A stretch of 64,000 bases of DNA from Phoronis australis (GCA_002633005.1 NMRA01000585.1:64851-128850), one strand, 5' to 3'; numbered from the stretch's first letter, positions 1 through 13,949 are shown. Translations and numbers: made by a program. Notes: generated from the letters alone by a model not told the origin.

Positions 1-690
1 AGTTTATGTTAATTAGCACATATAAATGTTCTCAAATTGTCACATTAAAAAAATATTAACATGACGCAATGCATCAGCACTGCCTTGCGATTACTTAGAA
101 AGTTAGATGATGACACCGTCGCTTGCCATTTACTTCGATGTCCGTTAACTACCAAAGGTGGTATGAACGGTTCAGTTAACTTCGCTGTTTACGGCGACGC
201 TGTTTACGGCGACGCTCTGTTCAAACTGGAGTTAAGTCAGTATGACAGGGCCTAATAACTCTCCGATGACTTGTTGACTGTGGTCTTAGTTCATTCTTAT
301 CAAATTTGCCATTCCCTTCCAATAAGTCCAATTAAAATGTAAATTTTCAAACCCCCCATGACTGGCTTAGATGCATCTTTATATCTGGCAATGATTTGGA
401 ATATTTTAGGGGGACATAGGAGTGGTTTGTCATCAGTATTAAGATGTTGACAGTTGTACCTGATGGAACTGGTTTTACTGGATTTGATTGATGAGTGACT
501 CACGGTAATTATTAAAATTTCAGGTGTAATAGAAATCCCCTTGGACTGTTCAAAGAGCTTGAAATGTTAGTGTTGTTACACCCAAGTAAGGATGGACATT
601 TCTCTGATGCCTAACCAGTGGTTATAGGACAAGTTGAAGCTGAAAAAGTTTGACATTGAAGCAGCCAAATTTGAATTGGAAGGCAGTATC

Positions 691-3600
691 ATGACTGTGA
701 CTTACACATATAAAGTGGCGAATGCTCGCCTCTGTGGCTTCACTCGACTTTTATGCTATTGGAAGGGCAGCATTTACAAGATCATGTACAAGGAAATGCT
801 GATTTATTTGGGCTGTTACGGACTTCTCAGTGCTGTCTACAGATTTGGTTTAAGAATTGACCAGAGAAGGTTTGTAGTGGTGTGATTTGTTAATTTCTTG
901 CCGCAATTTATAATAATATTTATGTGGATTTTAGTCTGCTTTAAAATTGATGTGTATAACTATGTTCAGTTAAGAAATAATCGCTAAATGTAATTATTGG
1001 TATCATAAAAAGTGATCATTGGTTTTCATATTTGGTCATACTTCTGGCCTTTATTACATATTTCCATTGACTTTTTTCTTCTTTACAGCATATTTGAGAA
1101 GGTGGTCTTGTACTGCCAAGAGTTCACCAACCTGATTCCACTCTCCTTTGTACTGGGTTTCTATGTTGCACTAGTTGTTGGCCGGTGGTGGAATCAGTAT
1201 ATGAGCATCCCTTGGCCAGATAGGTGAGTGATATAGCAAGGAAATGGTGAGCTGGAGCGACTCTTCTTTTGTAGCAAGCTAGTGGATCTATCGGTGTCTT
1301 TTGGCCATTTCAGACAAGCAATTTTTGTCACTAAACCAATCCATGAGCTCCATTCAGTCCATTTGTTTATCACATATAATTAAGGGCTCGGCTTATTGAA
1401 AAATAATACAAAAGAAAAGGTTCCACTCCAAAACATGGACCAAAGCAATGGTTTTCATAGATGGCTCTGCATGGTACTTAAATTGGTGTTTTGCATTGTC
1501 TTCAAAACCAAGTTAGTTGTGATCAGTGAAGTCTCCAGTTACATATTATATCTGGTTTCATGTTAACTACGGTGTAATGACTCTATATAATAATTATGAC
1601 AGCAGCAAAATTATAGCTGTCAACAAAAGAAATCAAGTTATTGATTTTTCTCAATGTGGTCTACAAATATGCAACCATTGGGTTTTATATGCCTAGATTT
1701 TCAAAAAATCATTCATGATATTACGATTTTTGATTGGAAACTGATAACGTGTACTGTTTTGGTCTGACCAAACTGTACAATTCTAGCATGAAGTCCTCGG
1801 ATAGAAGCTGTGGTGTAGAGTAATAGGCAACACGCCTCGGGATTTCTTGTCATGGTGGCTGAACTAGAACTGCTAAATGTGTTGTCATGTACGATCTCTA
1901 CCATCAACTGAAGTTAGGATTTTGCCAAAATAATGGTCATATCCATCATTTCACTGTAAATGGAATTTTGTTTGATTACTTTTGACATGTTAAACACAAG
2001 TTGAACGTGACACTAGTAGCGACATTTATTGACATATTGCAATATGTATTGTAGATGAGTGCACTGGCTTAATTAATTTCCGTTATGCTTTGCAGGGTGA
2101 TGACAAATGTGGCTGCATTATTGCATGGAAGTGATGAGAGAAGTCGTATGATGCGTAGAACCATAGTGCGTTACATCAACCTGACCAGTATACTTCTGTT
2201 CAGAGCAGTCAGCGTTCCTGTAGCAAAGCGCTTCCCCACAATGGAACACATTGTTGATACAGGTTGGTTAAATATCCTTGCGCTCTCTTCTTGTCCCTTG
2301 TCTGAGTGTTGTCGCACTAACTAATACAAAGTCGCCTTTTTGTTTCCAGGTCTTGTTTCATAAATTCATTCTTACTTTGTTACAGTGTTATGTCAGTACC
2401 ATTAGACATGTAGCATTTGGCAGAAGGATGCCTTGAATTTGAGTTTGAAGCCCTGGGCTTGCATTAGAGTTCAGCATGGTTTAATCGTTCAGTTAACTAA
2501 TGGCATTTCCCATATTGTTTGATTTGGTTTGTTTTGTGAAGTGAAGGTTATAAATCAATAATATTTCACTTTCACAATTTGAACATGAACTTGTGTAGTT
2601 TCTCTTAAGTATTCAAATGCTTTTGTTTCCATCTTTCCTTAAAGTTGTAATCCACCTGATTCAACAAAACTTTCATGGAAATGAAAGTAAACTCTTCGTG
2701 GTATTTCAAAATTAGTTACTCTTGATTACAGGGTGAAGTGGGACTGGATATATTGTGCGCAACTGGTTGCCTTAAGGATTTACGTTTACTGACTAATCCG
2801 CATCATCGTCCATTGAAACAAGAAATCCTACCAACAGAGACTCTTGTGTTGACTCGATCGTCAGAATAGAACAATTGCAAAGCACTGTTTTGTTGATATT
2901 CTAATCAAACAGTTCTCTCCTTGCAAGGTTCGCAACTGACTATATGCACAAATGGATCCTACCACTATGTGTAAGGATACGGGTAAAATATGCAAAAAAT
3001 TCTATGCAGTAGACATTTTGAGACGCAAAACTTAAAAAGCTCTGAGTGCTGATCTAGTGTGCTGCATAGGATTTTTCATAATACCTTGAGTAATTTTGCA
3101 GCTGCCAACTCTCCTCATTTAAGCGGGAGGCTCCAGATTTTTTTTAGATTTTCTAAATCTTAGCTAGCAAAAAGCTTCTGTTACAACCAAATTTCTCAAA
3201 TGGTGAAAATCCACCAACCGTGGGGATAACTTCGTGACTTGAGGAAAGCTGTCAAATTCTGACAATTATATGGTGAAAGGTAATGACACATGAGTATTGG
3301 TACAGAGGGGGAAGTGTGGCTGAGAATTCATGATCCACCTCACAGTTTTGTAATTTGAAAAGTTGGCAAGTATGTACTTTTATCATCTCGGACAAATGGT
3401 TCAAGGTAAGTTAATGCTGTTTAGGAGTGGGTTACGCCTGCTCCCAGTGTGCGTTGATAGCTGAAGTTAAGTTGGTCTTAGCTGTGGCGTAGCGTGGTTA
3501 TATTGGCGTTGACCTAGTGTGGCACTGTAGATTTAAGTTGAGTTTTAATGGTCTTTCAGGTATGATGACGGAAGAGGAGTTGAAGATCTTTGATGAAATT

Positions 3601-6600
3601 CAAACGGTTCACAGCAAGTATTGGGTTCCAATGCAGTGGGCAACCAATCTGGCATCCCAAGCTAGACAGGAAGGACGGATTAAAGATGATATGCATCTTA
3701 AGACAATTGTTGATGTAAGTTTCGTGTTGGTGAAAATGGAGTTAACCGTATATTGTGGATGAAATGGTGTGCGGTAAAAATTCTTCAAATTTCGAGGGCT
3801 CGATATAATGAAAAAATGCAATTTTATTAGGATGAATTACATGGAATACAAAAAGTCCCCTCTAGGTTAGTATGGTTTATATGGTATAGTTATCGCTACA
3901 ATATTTGGTAAATTTTGAGCGTTTGACAGCAATTTAGTTTGCCGTTGAAGAAAAAATTCCCATGTTGAAGAATTTTTACCGAGTCAGCAAAATAACACTG
4001 CGCACAATGTGTATGGTTTATTCTAAAGTTGATCTTGGCATGATTGTGATAATTTTGGCCACTAGGGTGCAGGCCGTGAGTTACAAATACTGTGCTGGGT
4101 TTAAGGGATATTTAGCTCAACAAATCAGTTGAGTGGGACATCCTTGCTGCAAGCTTGTGTTTTACAGGAGATCAACGCTTTCCGTGGTTGTTGCGGTATG
4201 ATCTACAGCTTCGACTGGATCAGTATTCCTCTGGTTTATACTCAGGTTAGAACTCTAGTGAATAAGTTTGTATGGCTGCATGGCTGTCAGCTGCCTGCTT
4301 TACTCATTCCATTAGGCCATTATGATGTTACATGTTATACATAACATGCAAATGTTATATCAGCTTTTGCACAGCTTGCATTTCAGCTTGGCATCAATGT
4401 CCATATAGCCGGGCATTTACGGCTCACTAAGATGCAAATTTGTAGATTGACTTTAATAAAAACTCCTAGGACACATTATGTCATGCAAGCAAATTTCATT
4501 GTCTTACCTCAGTACCCTTTATCTTCCTGTATTCGATACATAGCGGTTGAATAAAGTTAAAAATTCAAAGCTAACCTATTTCTTGAGCAAGTAAATCAGA
4601 GTGTGCTAACCTTGCTACAGCCCCGCTTTCACAACAATCTATTCTCGTTTATATACTCTTGTCTTCGTTGGTGCAAAAAATTGTGGATGTACATGGGCGG
4701 TGCACCATAGGGGGCTCAGTGCTGCGCCGCCCATGCGTTGTCACAGTTCTGCTTTAATTGCTGGGATCTTCCCCCAATTTGACCCGTCTTACTCTTTTCT
4801 AACTTGTTTATCCGCAACGTCGTAAAAATCCATCCATAACTTTTCAAGTTAAATTCTTCCCAAGACGTTCAATCAATTAATAGAAACATAGCCTCCTGTC
4901 TTGGTGGATGTTGTGTCGCCATTGCTTCATTATATTAGCTAGCTGAGGTGCAGATCTGTTCTTGTAACAGTTAACATGCAGTAGCTCTCGTCTTAGTTGT
5001 GTATTTGTTATCTGTTTTTGTACTCCCAATGTAATTCTGTCATATGTGTATTGTTTGAAAGCATTCTCAAAGGTCACCTGTTCCTTCGTGCTTGGAACTG
5101 TTGCCAATGGCACATGTTATTTTTGGGTCAGTGGCATTATCTTCAATGCCTAATTTTTCAGGACCTGTAAGAAATTGATTACACAGAGTTATGAACAGAT
5201 CTGCATACAAATGACAAAAGGAAAATCAACGCCTTTGTACTTGTATGGCTGCTTTCCTTTCTTGCCCTTTATAAATGTGTTGTAAAGGCAACCTGAGTTT
5301 GACAGCTGTGTTCATAGGAGTGGAACACCGGCCTGTGGCCTGCTGACTGCTGTGAGGTCAAAACTGTTAGGTGGCAGTTACTGCAAAGTTTCATCGCTAT
5401 TTTTCTTTTACAGACCACAACCCTGGCAGTCTACACTTACTTTCTGGCGAGTGTCATTGGCAGTCAATATCTGGACCCAAGCAAGGGCTACAAAGGTCAT
5501 GAGGTGGACTTATATGTGCCTGTCTTCAATGTTCTCCAGTTCTTTTTCTACATGGGTTGGATAAAGGTGAGTGAGAATATGTCTGAACAAACCTTGATGA
5601 GAGAATGAGACGGGGACCAAGGAGAATGCGGATGGGTGAAGTTAGTGAAGGAGAGTCAGAGGCGATGTGGACACAGCAGAACTTCATGAATTGCGTGTTG
5701 CCTTGCCAGTGTCATTTGTGGCTTTCCAGCATACTCTCCTATAATTTTGTTGGATATTTTATGTAATATGGTGTACAAGTATTGCTGGGCTGTGGTTAGA
5801 CCAATTAAACTGCCTTGGAGATACAGATGACATTAGGAAGATAATTTGATATTGGTGTGAAAATGTTTGAGTTACGTATTCGCAATTGGTGTAAATCAGC
5901 TGTTTCCTGTTGTTCAATTCAGTGTTACAGTAACTAAATCAAGTTGTTGCCTGTTGGTGGTTGCAGGTGGCTGAACAACTGATCAATCCGTTTGGAGAGG
6001 ATGATGATGATTTTGAGACAAACTATGTGATTGACCGAAACATTCAGGTAATGGAGATAGTGGGTTTGGGATGTAAGGCATTCAAAAGAGCGTCTTTGAA
6101 ATTTGTGACTGCTGGATGGTTGAGCTCCTCTCCCCTGTCCGTCACGCACCTTCAACTTCCTCAGGTTGTCATCGCCATTAGATGGCGCTGTCAGACAACG
6201 GTTCCGTGTATATAAATGTTAAGGATGTAATGATTAATTAAATTGTAATTGAATCGTGATGCGGGAACAGCCGATTTAGATATCGATATGCCAAGACCCA
6301 TTTCAATTCTTCAATCTAAATTTTGCTGTTCGGTGTCTTACTATATTATGAGGAGTATTATTGAGACATGGAACAGATAAACAGCTTAGGGTCGTTCATG
6401 AGTTCAGTGGAATATTATGATATTTGAGAATTTCATTGCTAAGATTGGTACAAGTAAGTTTAATGCTTAATATTGGAATTAAGAAAAAATTATTTAATTT
6501 GATAAACAATTAGAATAGAATCGAAAATAATCAAAGTCCTACATAGATTCGGATGGAATTTCCAAAAATGTGTATCCTCCCACCCCTAATAAATGTGTTG

Positions 6601-8589
6601 ATGTGGTCACGCGACAACTTTGTCAACAATGAACTATTCTCATGATCTATTCAGGTTACAGTAAACCCTCAATCTTTATACATTTGCTTAAACCTGCATT
6701 TCTTACTCTCAAGTGTTACAGTTGTACCAGTGCACCCTTTTATAACTGTCTTTCATGCAGACATGGCGTTAAATATTCATATCTCCTTGCTGTGGATATC
6801 AATTACTTTTTGAAAGATATTAGCAGGATCTTTTCCAACCTCTACTTGTCACATAAATGCGGAACACTGTGTATAGAAGCACTATATTTTTGCCTGCGGT
6901 GAAATAACGTTTTCTTTTGGTTAACAATTTTTATGGCTTTTGCTGATATCCCTTATTTTTAGTGATTGTATTTGAGTTATTTTTCAATTTGCTTTTTCTC
7001 GAGAGATTTCACTTTTCGTTATAGTAAGGTTTTGTCACTGGTTATCTACTTTAAGTAACCGTGCATGTGTTTGTGAACCTTCTAAAATGATCATTAAAAA
7101 AATAAATCTGAATTATGACGCATTTATTATATATATCCGAAATGCAGTATTCTTATTTCTGTTCCTGCCAACAGGTGGCCTTCCTATGTGTGGACGAAAT
7201 GTACATGACATATCCTGACCTCCAGAGAGATGCATTCTGGGATGATATTGAAGCTGCAATCCCTTACACAAAATCAACTGTCAGCAGACAACGAGAAACT
7301 TATCTAGGGTCGACTGCCAACTTACAGTATGTTTTCTTGTTTATTATGTATCTACAGTAGCTGGCAGATGAGGAACTTAATGATTGATTTGTATGTTCGA
7401 AAGTTTGGTGAAAATAATAGAATCAAGAAACAATTAAGGTCCTATTTTTAGAATGTACTCCTTTGTGGTAAAGCAGATGCTGCAGTTATGAAGTACCGTA
7501 CTTATCGATTTAGTACGCTGAAACTTGCTTGGTTTTCAGCAAGTTGAACAACTGTACTTAACACGTACTTGCTTATTCCACCCTGAGCATAGACCTCACT
7601 GATCCGCTCGCAGATGTATTAATATCGGACGGTATATAATTAACTAAATTGTGGCATTTTAAAGAGATTTTCTGCTCATCAAAGCGTATTGCAACACACT
7701 CATGGCAATACATGGCAGAATTAACAAGGTCATGTGTTCTGACACTACAGAACGATGTTCTAAATGTCGTTTTTAATTGATGTATTCATTATATAAACTC
7801 ATTTTACATTGCTAATGACCTGTATATCTAATATCCTGCAATTTTCCTTCTAGTTTCGGGGGCCATGACACACAGTTCATTAGCTCCATGGATGCCATTC
7901 CTGAACTGAGGACTCAAGGTAATATATCTTTGGCAATCCCAATACCTAGCCTGAGACCCGGCTCTCCCAAGAAGTCGTCAAGTTGGTTAGCCAGCAAGCT
8001 GACTGAAAACAGTAAAATGTCCCCCTATTTGACACCCAGAGATGAGAAGACCGTCTGGGATGATCGGTCTGAATTGGGGGTCAGTGTCCCCAACAGCTAC
8101 CGTGAGTCGTGCTTACAGCACCAGGAAACTCCACGTGGTTCGATGTCTACTAGTGTCATCACCCCAAATGGCTACATAAACTACCTTGCAAATGATTCGG
8201 TTCACGTAAGCGTCGGTACATCTGCCGACCACAGTATTCGTCCTGTTGGTGTGGAAACTGGTGAAGAACTTAGACATGATCAAGATGTAAAACGGGTCGT
8301 TGTGAACTGTGATAAAAAGAGAAACTTTGTGTGGGAGGTTGATCGTGTGTCAGAGGAGTCTCTCGCACAAGAGGCGAAGCCGTGTACTGCAGAGGACGAG
8401 AAGAAGGTAACGTTCAACCTCCAGGCAGACAAGAAGGATTTCCAACTGAGCTCACACAGTCTAGCGCCGTCCGAGCAATCAGAGACATGCAATTTCCACA
8501 TAGAGTTGAACTCAGACGGTGAAGAGGTTTATTTACCTGTGGTGGATCAAACAAATGGAACAGTCTCCAGCTTGACCCCTCTGTTGTGA
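691..8589 (+). CDS. BEST: Bestrophin family Ca2+-activated anion channel, about 611 aa, 9 coding exons
   Basis: Exons 691-869, 1089-1223, 2096-2262, 3560-3714, 4168-4245, 5414-5566, 5967-6047, 7175-7326, 7854-8589 are all GT-AG and phase-consistent (1836 nt). Hallmark motifs: [75 protein letters not shown] (Ca2+ clasp). The vertebrate paralog cannot be assigned. Confidence 0.96.
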
Positions 8590-9959
8590 GCCTGACTTTT
8601 GACGCAGGACTTTGTCCATTTGAAAATCAGACACCATTTTCTCATTTTAATATCTGATGCTGGAATATTATCTTCATATGATTACGAGCGTGCCAAAATA
8701 CTGTTGTTACACTAGCAAATATGTTTGCTTGGTTTGAACATAATGTTGTCTTTTGATTTGTATGCAAATACAAACATAGCTTCACTGGAGATCTGTTGAT
8801 ATATTTTAATTTATTGTTCTTATCTATGTAAACACGAGAGCATTCCGTCAGTAGAAGATGGATCATATGTGCCCAAGCTATTTCATATTAGTAGCTGAAA
8901 GCAGTCAGAGCTGCAATCTTTCTTATTTTGATAGCAGTTCTTCAAGTTTTACATATTAAGGGAACAATGCAACATTTGTGCTGTTTATTGCAGAGAAAGT
9001 TTATTTGAGTATTTATTTTCTTAGTATGTGCTTGTGATAGATCTGTTGTGCTATACTGTATTGCGCTTGTCTATGGTGCCATGAGGATGTTTTTAATTCC
9101 TCCTGGCAGATGTATAAGGTAGGGAATTGCTATGTTAAAATATTTTAAAATGTATGTTCGTTACTGTTCGTTATCTCAAAACGTTTTAGCTCTAAGTATG
9201 TATTTATAAATGGTTTGTGAATGCACATCTCAAAGTTTTCTGTGTAGGTCTGTTTGCCTCCTCATATTGAGACTGTGCCGTGTTGTTGGAAGAGTCATCA
9301 CAACATGTTCTACTTATTAGTTGCACTATTTGACTCTCCTTTATTGTGTTCAAATTAAGTTTATTGTCTTAGTTTGAACGTTGCCAAATCTAGTCTGAGC
9401 AGTGTTGACTCATATTTAAATGACAGGTGTTCGAATCTCTTATGTTAAGGGTATAAGGAACAAAAGCTGCACAAGTAATATAAATATCCTACCTATTCAT
9501 ACTTTTATTATGTTGAAGTCACATTCAAAAGAAACACTTTCAAGAGTACATCTTGTAAGAAACTAAGATTTTTTTTCAAAATGGCGACTTGAGTTCTCAT
9601 TTTTTTTGGTTACTCAGTGGATTTTGAGTGGGTCTGACCACTAAGCATCTGTTTGAAGCTATCTGACACCAGAGGTCCCCATAACAATGAGAGTTGAGTT
9701 GTCTAAAGTGAACGACGGGCCAAGACAAGTTTACTTGAGGCTGTGTAGGACTACATTGCTAAGCTTGTGCCTTCAGTTAAATATCGAAAATGCTATAAAA
9801 TTTGACTTCTAGGCGTTTTTTGCAAGTAGAAACTTGTACCATTAGATTTTGTATTAACCTGCCACTGATTGGGTAATGTGACCAATTCTTTTAGTAAAAT
9901 GTAGCAGTTAAAAACAGAATGGTGCATTCATAAGAAAACAATGGTATCAAGAATATGTC

Positions 9960-10140
9960 CCAATTTCCGCTTGCCGTAGAATAAAGTTGTTCAATTTGGA
10001 AGCTCAAAAATACTGTTCTTCTAACTATCTTAATTATTTCACTTTATGGAACTTAAGTTTTTTGATGAGTCCTATTTTTTGGTAGTGACTCGTGAAAAAG
10101 TGGAACATTTTAAAACAATTTCTAACAGCATTTTGGAAAA
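9960..10140. repeat. Old dispersed repeat fragment, with an inverted relative at about 61980-62100
   Basis: AAAAAGTGGAACATTTTAAAACAATTTCTAA and its flanks match the reverse complement of TTAGAAATTGTTTTTAAAATGTTCCACTTTT near 61990-62020. Boundaries are approximate. Confidence 0.5.
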
Positions 10141-11179
10141 CATCACATAAAGAAAGTGTGTGAAAGATTCTCTGGACTCCATCTCTGAGACATGACCTCA
10201 CAAAGTTAGCCAAATTTGGACGTTTTAGGGGCCTACATAACCATATGAGCAGCTCTAAATGGACAGGAGTTTTTGATTTTGCAGCAATTTTTTCACAGCA
10301 GACTTGGCTTTACGCACGACCACGATACTGGAAGTGTATGAGATTTTTTTCTCAAGTTTCATCACTTGTTTGTCTCCTTTGTTAAATAATAGTTTATTTA
10401 TTCAAATGCCTGTTTGTTGAAGTGCTATTATACAGCTTTGTGAAATGTTGATTCATTCAATTAAATTCAGACTGAAACAAAAAGTAGTTATTTTTGCAAG
10501 TTGTCTCATCAACAAATACAATAAAAGAAGCTACGTAACTCAATGTATCCCTCCTTTACGAAAACACACACTTTACAAAATACTTGCATAATACAATGGA
10601 GCACTTTACATTTAATAGGTGGCGCTAGTAGGACAAAAGTCAAAATGCAGGTGTTCAGATGCTCCATGCTAATGAAATGCTATGCACTCTATTCAGGTTT
10701 TTAAAAGAACTACTCAGTAGTGCCATCTGGTCTCCCACTACCATTTGCCACTTCGTAAGCAGAAAAGTTGCACTTCAACAAATGTGAAAAATGAGATTTA
10801 CCAATGTCTAAAATATCAAGTCTAACCTTACTCTAATGGAATGTTGAGCTCTAGAAAATCTGTAGATGTATTCTCTGAAACCTACACCAATAACAAGTGC
10901 AATGCAAAGCATTGATGTGCACCCACAATACACTGCAAACCGCATGTTTCTAGGGGTGACTATCAGGTGCACGAAATGTACAATGAGATGACAATTTGAC
11001 ATTAAGGGATAGCTGCTATAGTCAGAATTGACCCATAAGTGTTGGTACCTTAAACTAACGAATAAAAAAGTTTTAAAAATAAAGTTTTTGAGATAACAAG
11101 CTGACAACTGTTGGCACGATGACAATATGCAACCGCATACATGTGTGAAAAATTTTAAACTGGTCAATGATTTCATTTT

Positions 11180-11690
11180 CAGGGCTTGGAATGACCAATG
11201 ACAAAAAACGCGGAAACTATGAAACTATTACGGCCCAAATCATGCCCGATAAACAGTCTTGAAATGGTCAATGTGAACCTTTTGCCGACAAAAATCGGGA
11301 GGACTAAAAAAAAAAAAAAACGTTACCACCATCAGTAGCATGCGTCTGCGTTCTTTTAGCTCGCCCGTGCACTCCCAACCCACACATTTTTGGCTGCAGA
11401 GCGGTAGTATTTGCCGCCGCGCTTAACAATAACACGAGACGCCATTGAAAATCACACCACGCTGTCCCAGATGCCCCGGCAATGTTGACAATTTACCTTC
11501 CTCCAAAACATAAAGAGCAACTTCCGCTTTTCGAGGTGAACGTCGTCTGCAACGCCGCGGTAAGAAAGAAATTTGCCGTGGAAATTTTATATCAAATCCG
11601 ATTTTTTTACGCGGAAATATTATAAAAAAAGCGGAAAGCACATTTGAAAAAAGCGGAAATCCGCGTTTCCGCGGAAAATTCCAAGCCCTA
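11180..11690. mobile_element. hAT-like MITE with 6-bp TSD, copy 1
   Basis: TIRs CAGGGCTTGGAA / TTCCAAGCCCTA; direct repeat CATTTT at 11174-11179 and 11691-11696; colinear with 14843-15357; no transposase. Confidence 0.88.
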
Positions 11691-12806
11691 CATTTTACAA
11701 TTCAGTACCAAGATTACTCAGGGGCAATAAACCTGCACCTTCTGTCAAAAATCAACTTTTGATTAGGCCACTTAGTATTCTGAAATTGGTCTCATCTTGT
11801 TTCTAAGCTTAGCAAAAACTAAAAGCTTGTTACTCCATCAGCGAGGCCCATTAATTAACTTGTCAGGACGGGTTAGTTTCAGTCGAGAAGGCAGTATGGC
11901 TGCCGGGAATTCCGAAGATTAATACGAACCAATTTCAACATAAGCAAAAGATAAATCCGAGATGACATTGCAAATAGGCGTTTAAAGAAAGAAGATGTTC
12001 TCAACACTTACGATAAGGGTTAAATTGGCTTTGACAAATAATGCCTTCAGGACGACACAAATATTCAACAACAAAACAAATGGCATGGAAAAAACGCAAA
12101 TCCTACAGAGATGATTTGGCAAACAGAGCAAATGACGAAGTCACCTTTCACCCAATAACTTTGAGTATCACAGACAGTAAGCAAACATCGTTTTTTCCTA
12201 TTATACATGGTGAAATCACAAATGAAATAAAACTACAGACTTAATCCTAGAAACAGTGAGGAAGAATAACAAAATCTTGGCCTACAACATGATTGGTTCA
12301 TTTACTGAAAACCACACAACAACTGTGAAAATACTTATAATACCTATTTTTCATACAACAACCCAAAACATCTACACTACTGTAAGCGCAAAACACACCA
12401 GATCGATATAAAATGTTATAAAAAACAATACAATACACTTGAAATATTGTGTCATAAAAATTCATAGGCAATATCAACTACATTCCAATAAGTACACCAA
12501 AATAAACATTCATCACTTCATAATGCCCCTAATTAATCACGTCAGGTGGCCCAACGACTTTCAGTCAGAATTTTGCCTCAGAACAGGAGCAAACCTATGA
12601 CAATCTGCTGATCATGTAGACAATCTAGTGCAACTGGCTGCAGAGAGCATTATTCCTTGAGAAATTATGAATTTTTATTAACTGCATTCTAATGCCAAGA
12701 AAGAGCACTTTCGCAACATAATCACACTTGTAAATTGCCATTTGTCTCTAATTAGTATTTTACACAGTACGGAAGACTGATGAGCAAGACTCCTGGAATG
12801 TAACCC

Positions 12807-13949
12807 TTACGCTTTCACAGATGAGTAACCATCATGAGTGTTCCAGCTCTCTCGCAACGAGGACAGGATTCTCATTGAACGATACTTGAGCTTCTCCCGG
12901 TTCATGAACAAAACAATGACAAATAGCAAGGAGACTATAGCCAGAATGACAGACAGAACTATGACTGATGACTCCACAGGTTTAGGTGTGTCTGGAGTGG
13001 GTGAGCATGTCAGGTCCTCGGCCTTAAGAGTAGTAATTACCCCCCCGCGGAACTTGTCTTGGTCTGCAGACCAACAAGTAAGCGTCTCTCGATGGACAAT
13101 AAGTTTGGGAGCCATCATCAGCCAGGCATGGAAATCTTTCAGGTAACAATCACAAACAAACTTGTTTGACCTTAAATCCAATACAGTGAGGTCATTCAAC
13201 AATTTAAACTGAAGGATAGCATCCTTGTCCACAGACGTGATTGAATTGTGTGAGAGATCAAGAGTTTTCAGATTTTTCAAATCTGAAGCATTCAGCTTTA
13301 CAGAGCCTATATCATTGTGCGAGAGATTTAAGTGTGCCAAGCTGGGCAAGTTTAAGTCCAGATTAATTAATGGAATGTTGTTGTCACACAGACTGAGGTT
13401 TTGCAACAATACTAAGTGACTAGCATGGAACACCATACTGAGGTGAGTTAACTGGAAGGTAATGTTCATGTTCTCTTTGAAGGCATTATTAAGGGACAGA
13501 AATTTCAGCTTTCGGATGTTGCTGAACACACGATGCGTACCGTGAAGGAGCCAGTGGTTGTCATCCAACATCAGTGTCTCTAGATTGGGAATGCGATGGA
13601 ATGCGCGTCCACTGATCGACTCGATACTGTTATTTGACAAAGACAGAAAGGTGAGGTTGTTCAGATGTACGTTAGTGCCGAACATGTTGTCACCGATATA
13701 CTGCAGATTGTTTCCATTAAAGAAAAAGTATGTCAGGCTTGTCGGCAAGTGTTTCAATGTCTTGTTGCTGGAAGAAGCGTCCATGTAAGTACTGATGCAC
13801 TCCGCTATGATGACTAGTTGAGAATCACAGAAGCAGGAACAACTGTTCATAGGTGTAGGACACGTGCATGATGTGGGCGTGGCAGTGAGGACAGTTGGAA
13901 TGAACACAGTGAACAGAGCCCCCAGTGTCAGCTGGTAGAACCTCGCCAT
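12807..13949 (-). CDS. Leucine-rich-repeat type I membrane protein, trophoblast glycoprotein (TPBG/5T4)-like, 380 aa
   Basis: ATG at 13949 follows a splice acceptor (TTTTTTTCAG, exon starts 13965). Signal peptide MARFYQLTLGALFTVFIPTVLTA, Cys-rich LRRNT, about 7 LxxLxLxxN repeats, LRRCT (NKFVCDC...W...LTC...LTC), TM helix VIVLSVILAIVSLLFVIVLFM then NREKLK (compare TPBG LYLNRKGIK), short tail. Confidence 0.9.
   Translation of the reverse strand: MARFYQLTLGALFTVFIPTVLTATPTSCTCPTPMNSCSCFCDSQLVIIAECISTYMDASSSNKTLKHLPTSLTYFFFNGNNLQYIGDNMFGTNVHLNNLTFLSLSNNSIESISGRAFHRIPNLETLMLDDNHWLLHGTHRVFSNIRKLKFLSLNNAFKENMNITFQLTHLSMVFHASHLVLLQNLSLCDNNIPLINLDLNLPSLAHLNLSHNDIGSVKLNASDLKNLKTLDLSHNSITSVDKDAILQFKLLNDLTVLDLRSNKFVCDCYLKDFHAWLMMAPKLIVHRETLTCWSADQDKFRGGVITTLKAEDLTCSPTPDTPKPVESSVIVLSVILAIVSLLFVIVLFMNREKLKYRSMRILSSLRESWNTHDGYSSVKA

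Noticed and set aside
61-255. 64-aa ORF containing a 15-bp tandem duplication (CGCTGTTTACGGCGA x2)
   Set aside because: No domain signal or splice support; it looks like a local slippage duplication.
524-628. Possible bestrophin 5'UTR exon (524-585) followed by a 43-nt intron
   Set aside because: The intron is unusually short and the sites cannot be verified without transcripts.
2960-4740. Small inverted repeats at about 2995-3075 and 4692-4736
   Set aside because: Too short or degenerate, with no TSD; probably MITE remnants. They do not fold as tRNA.
12838-13788. Plus-strand ORFs overlapping the LRR gene
   Set aside because: Antisense shadows of a real CDS.
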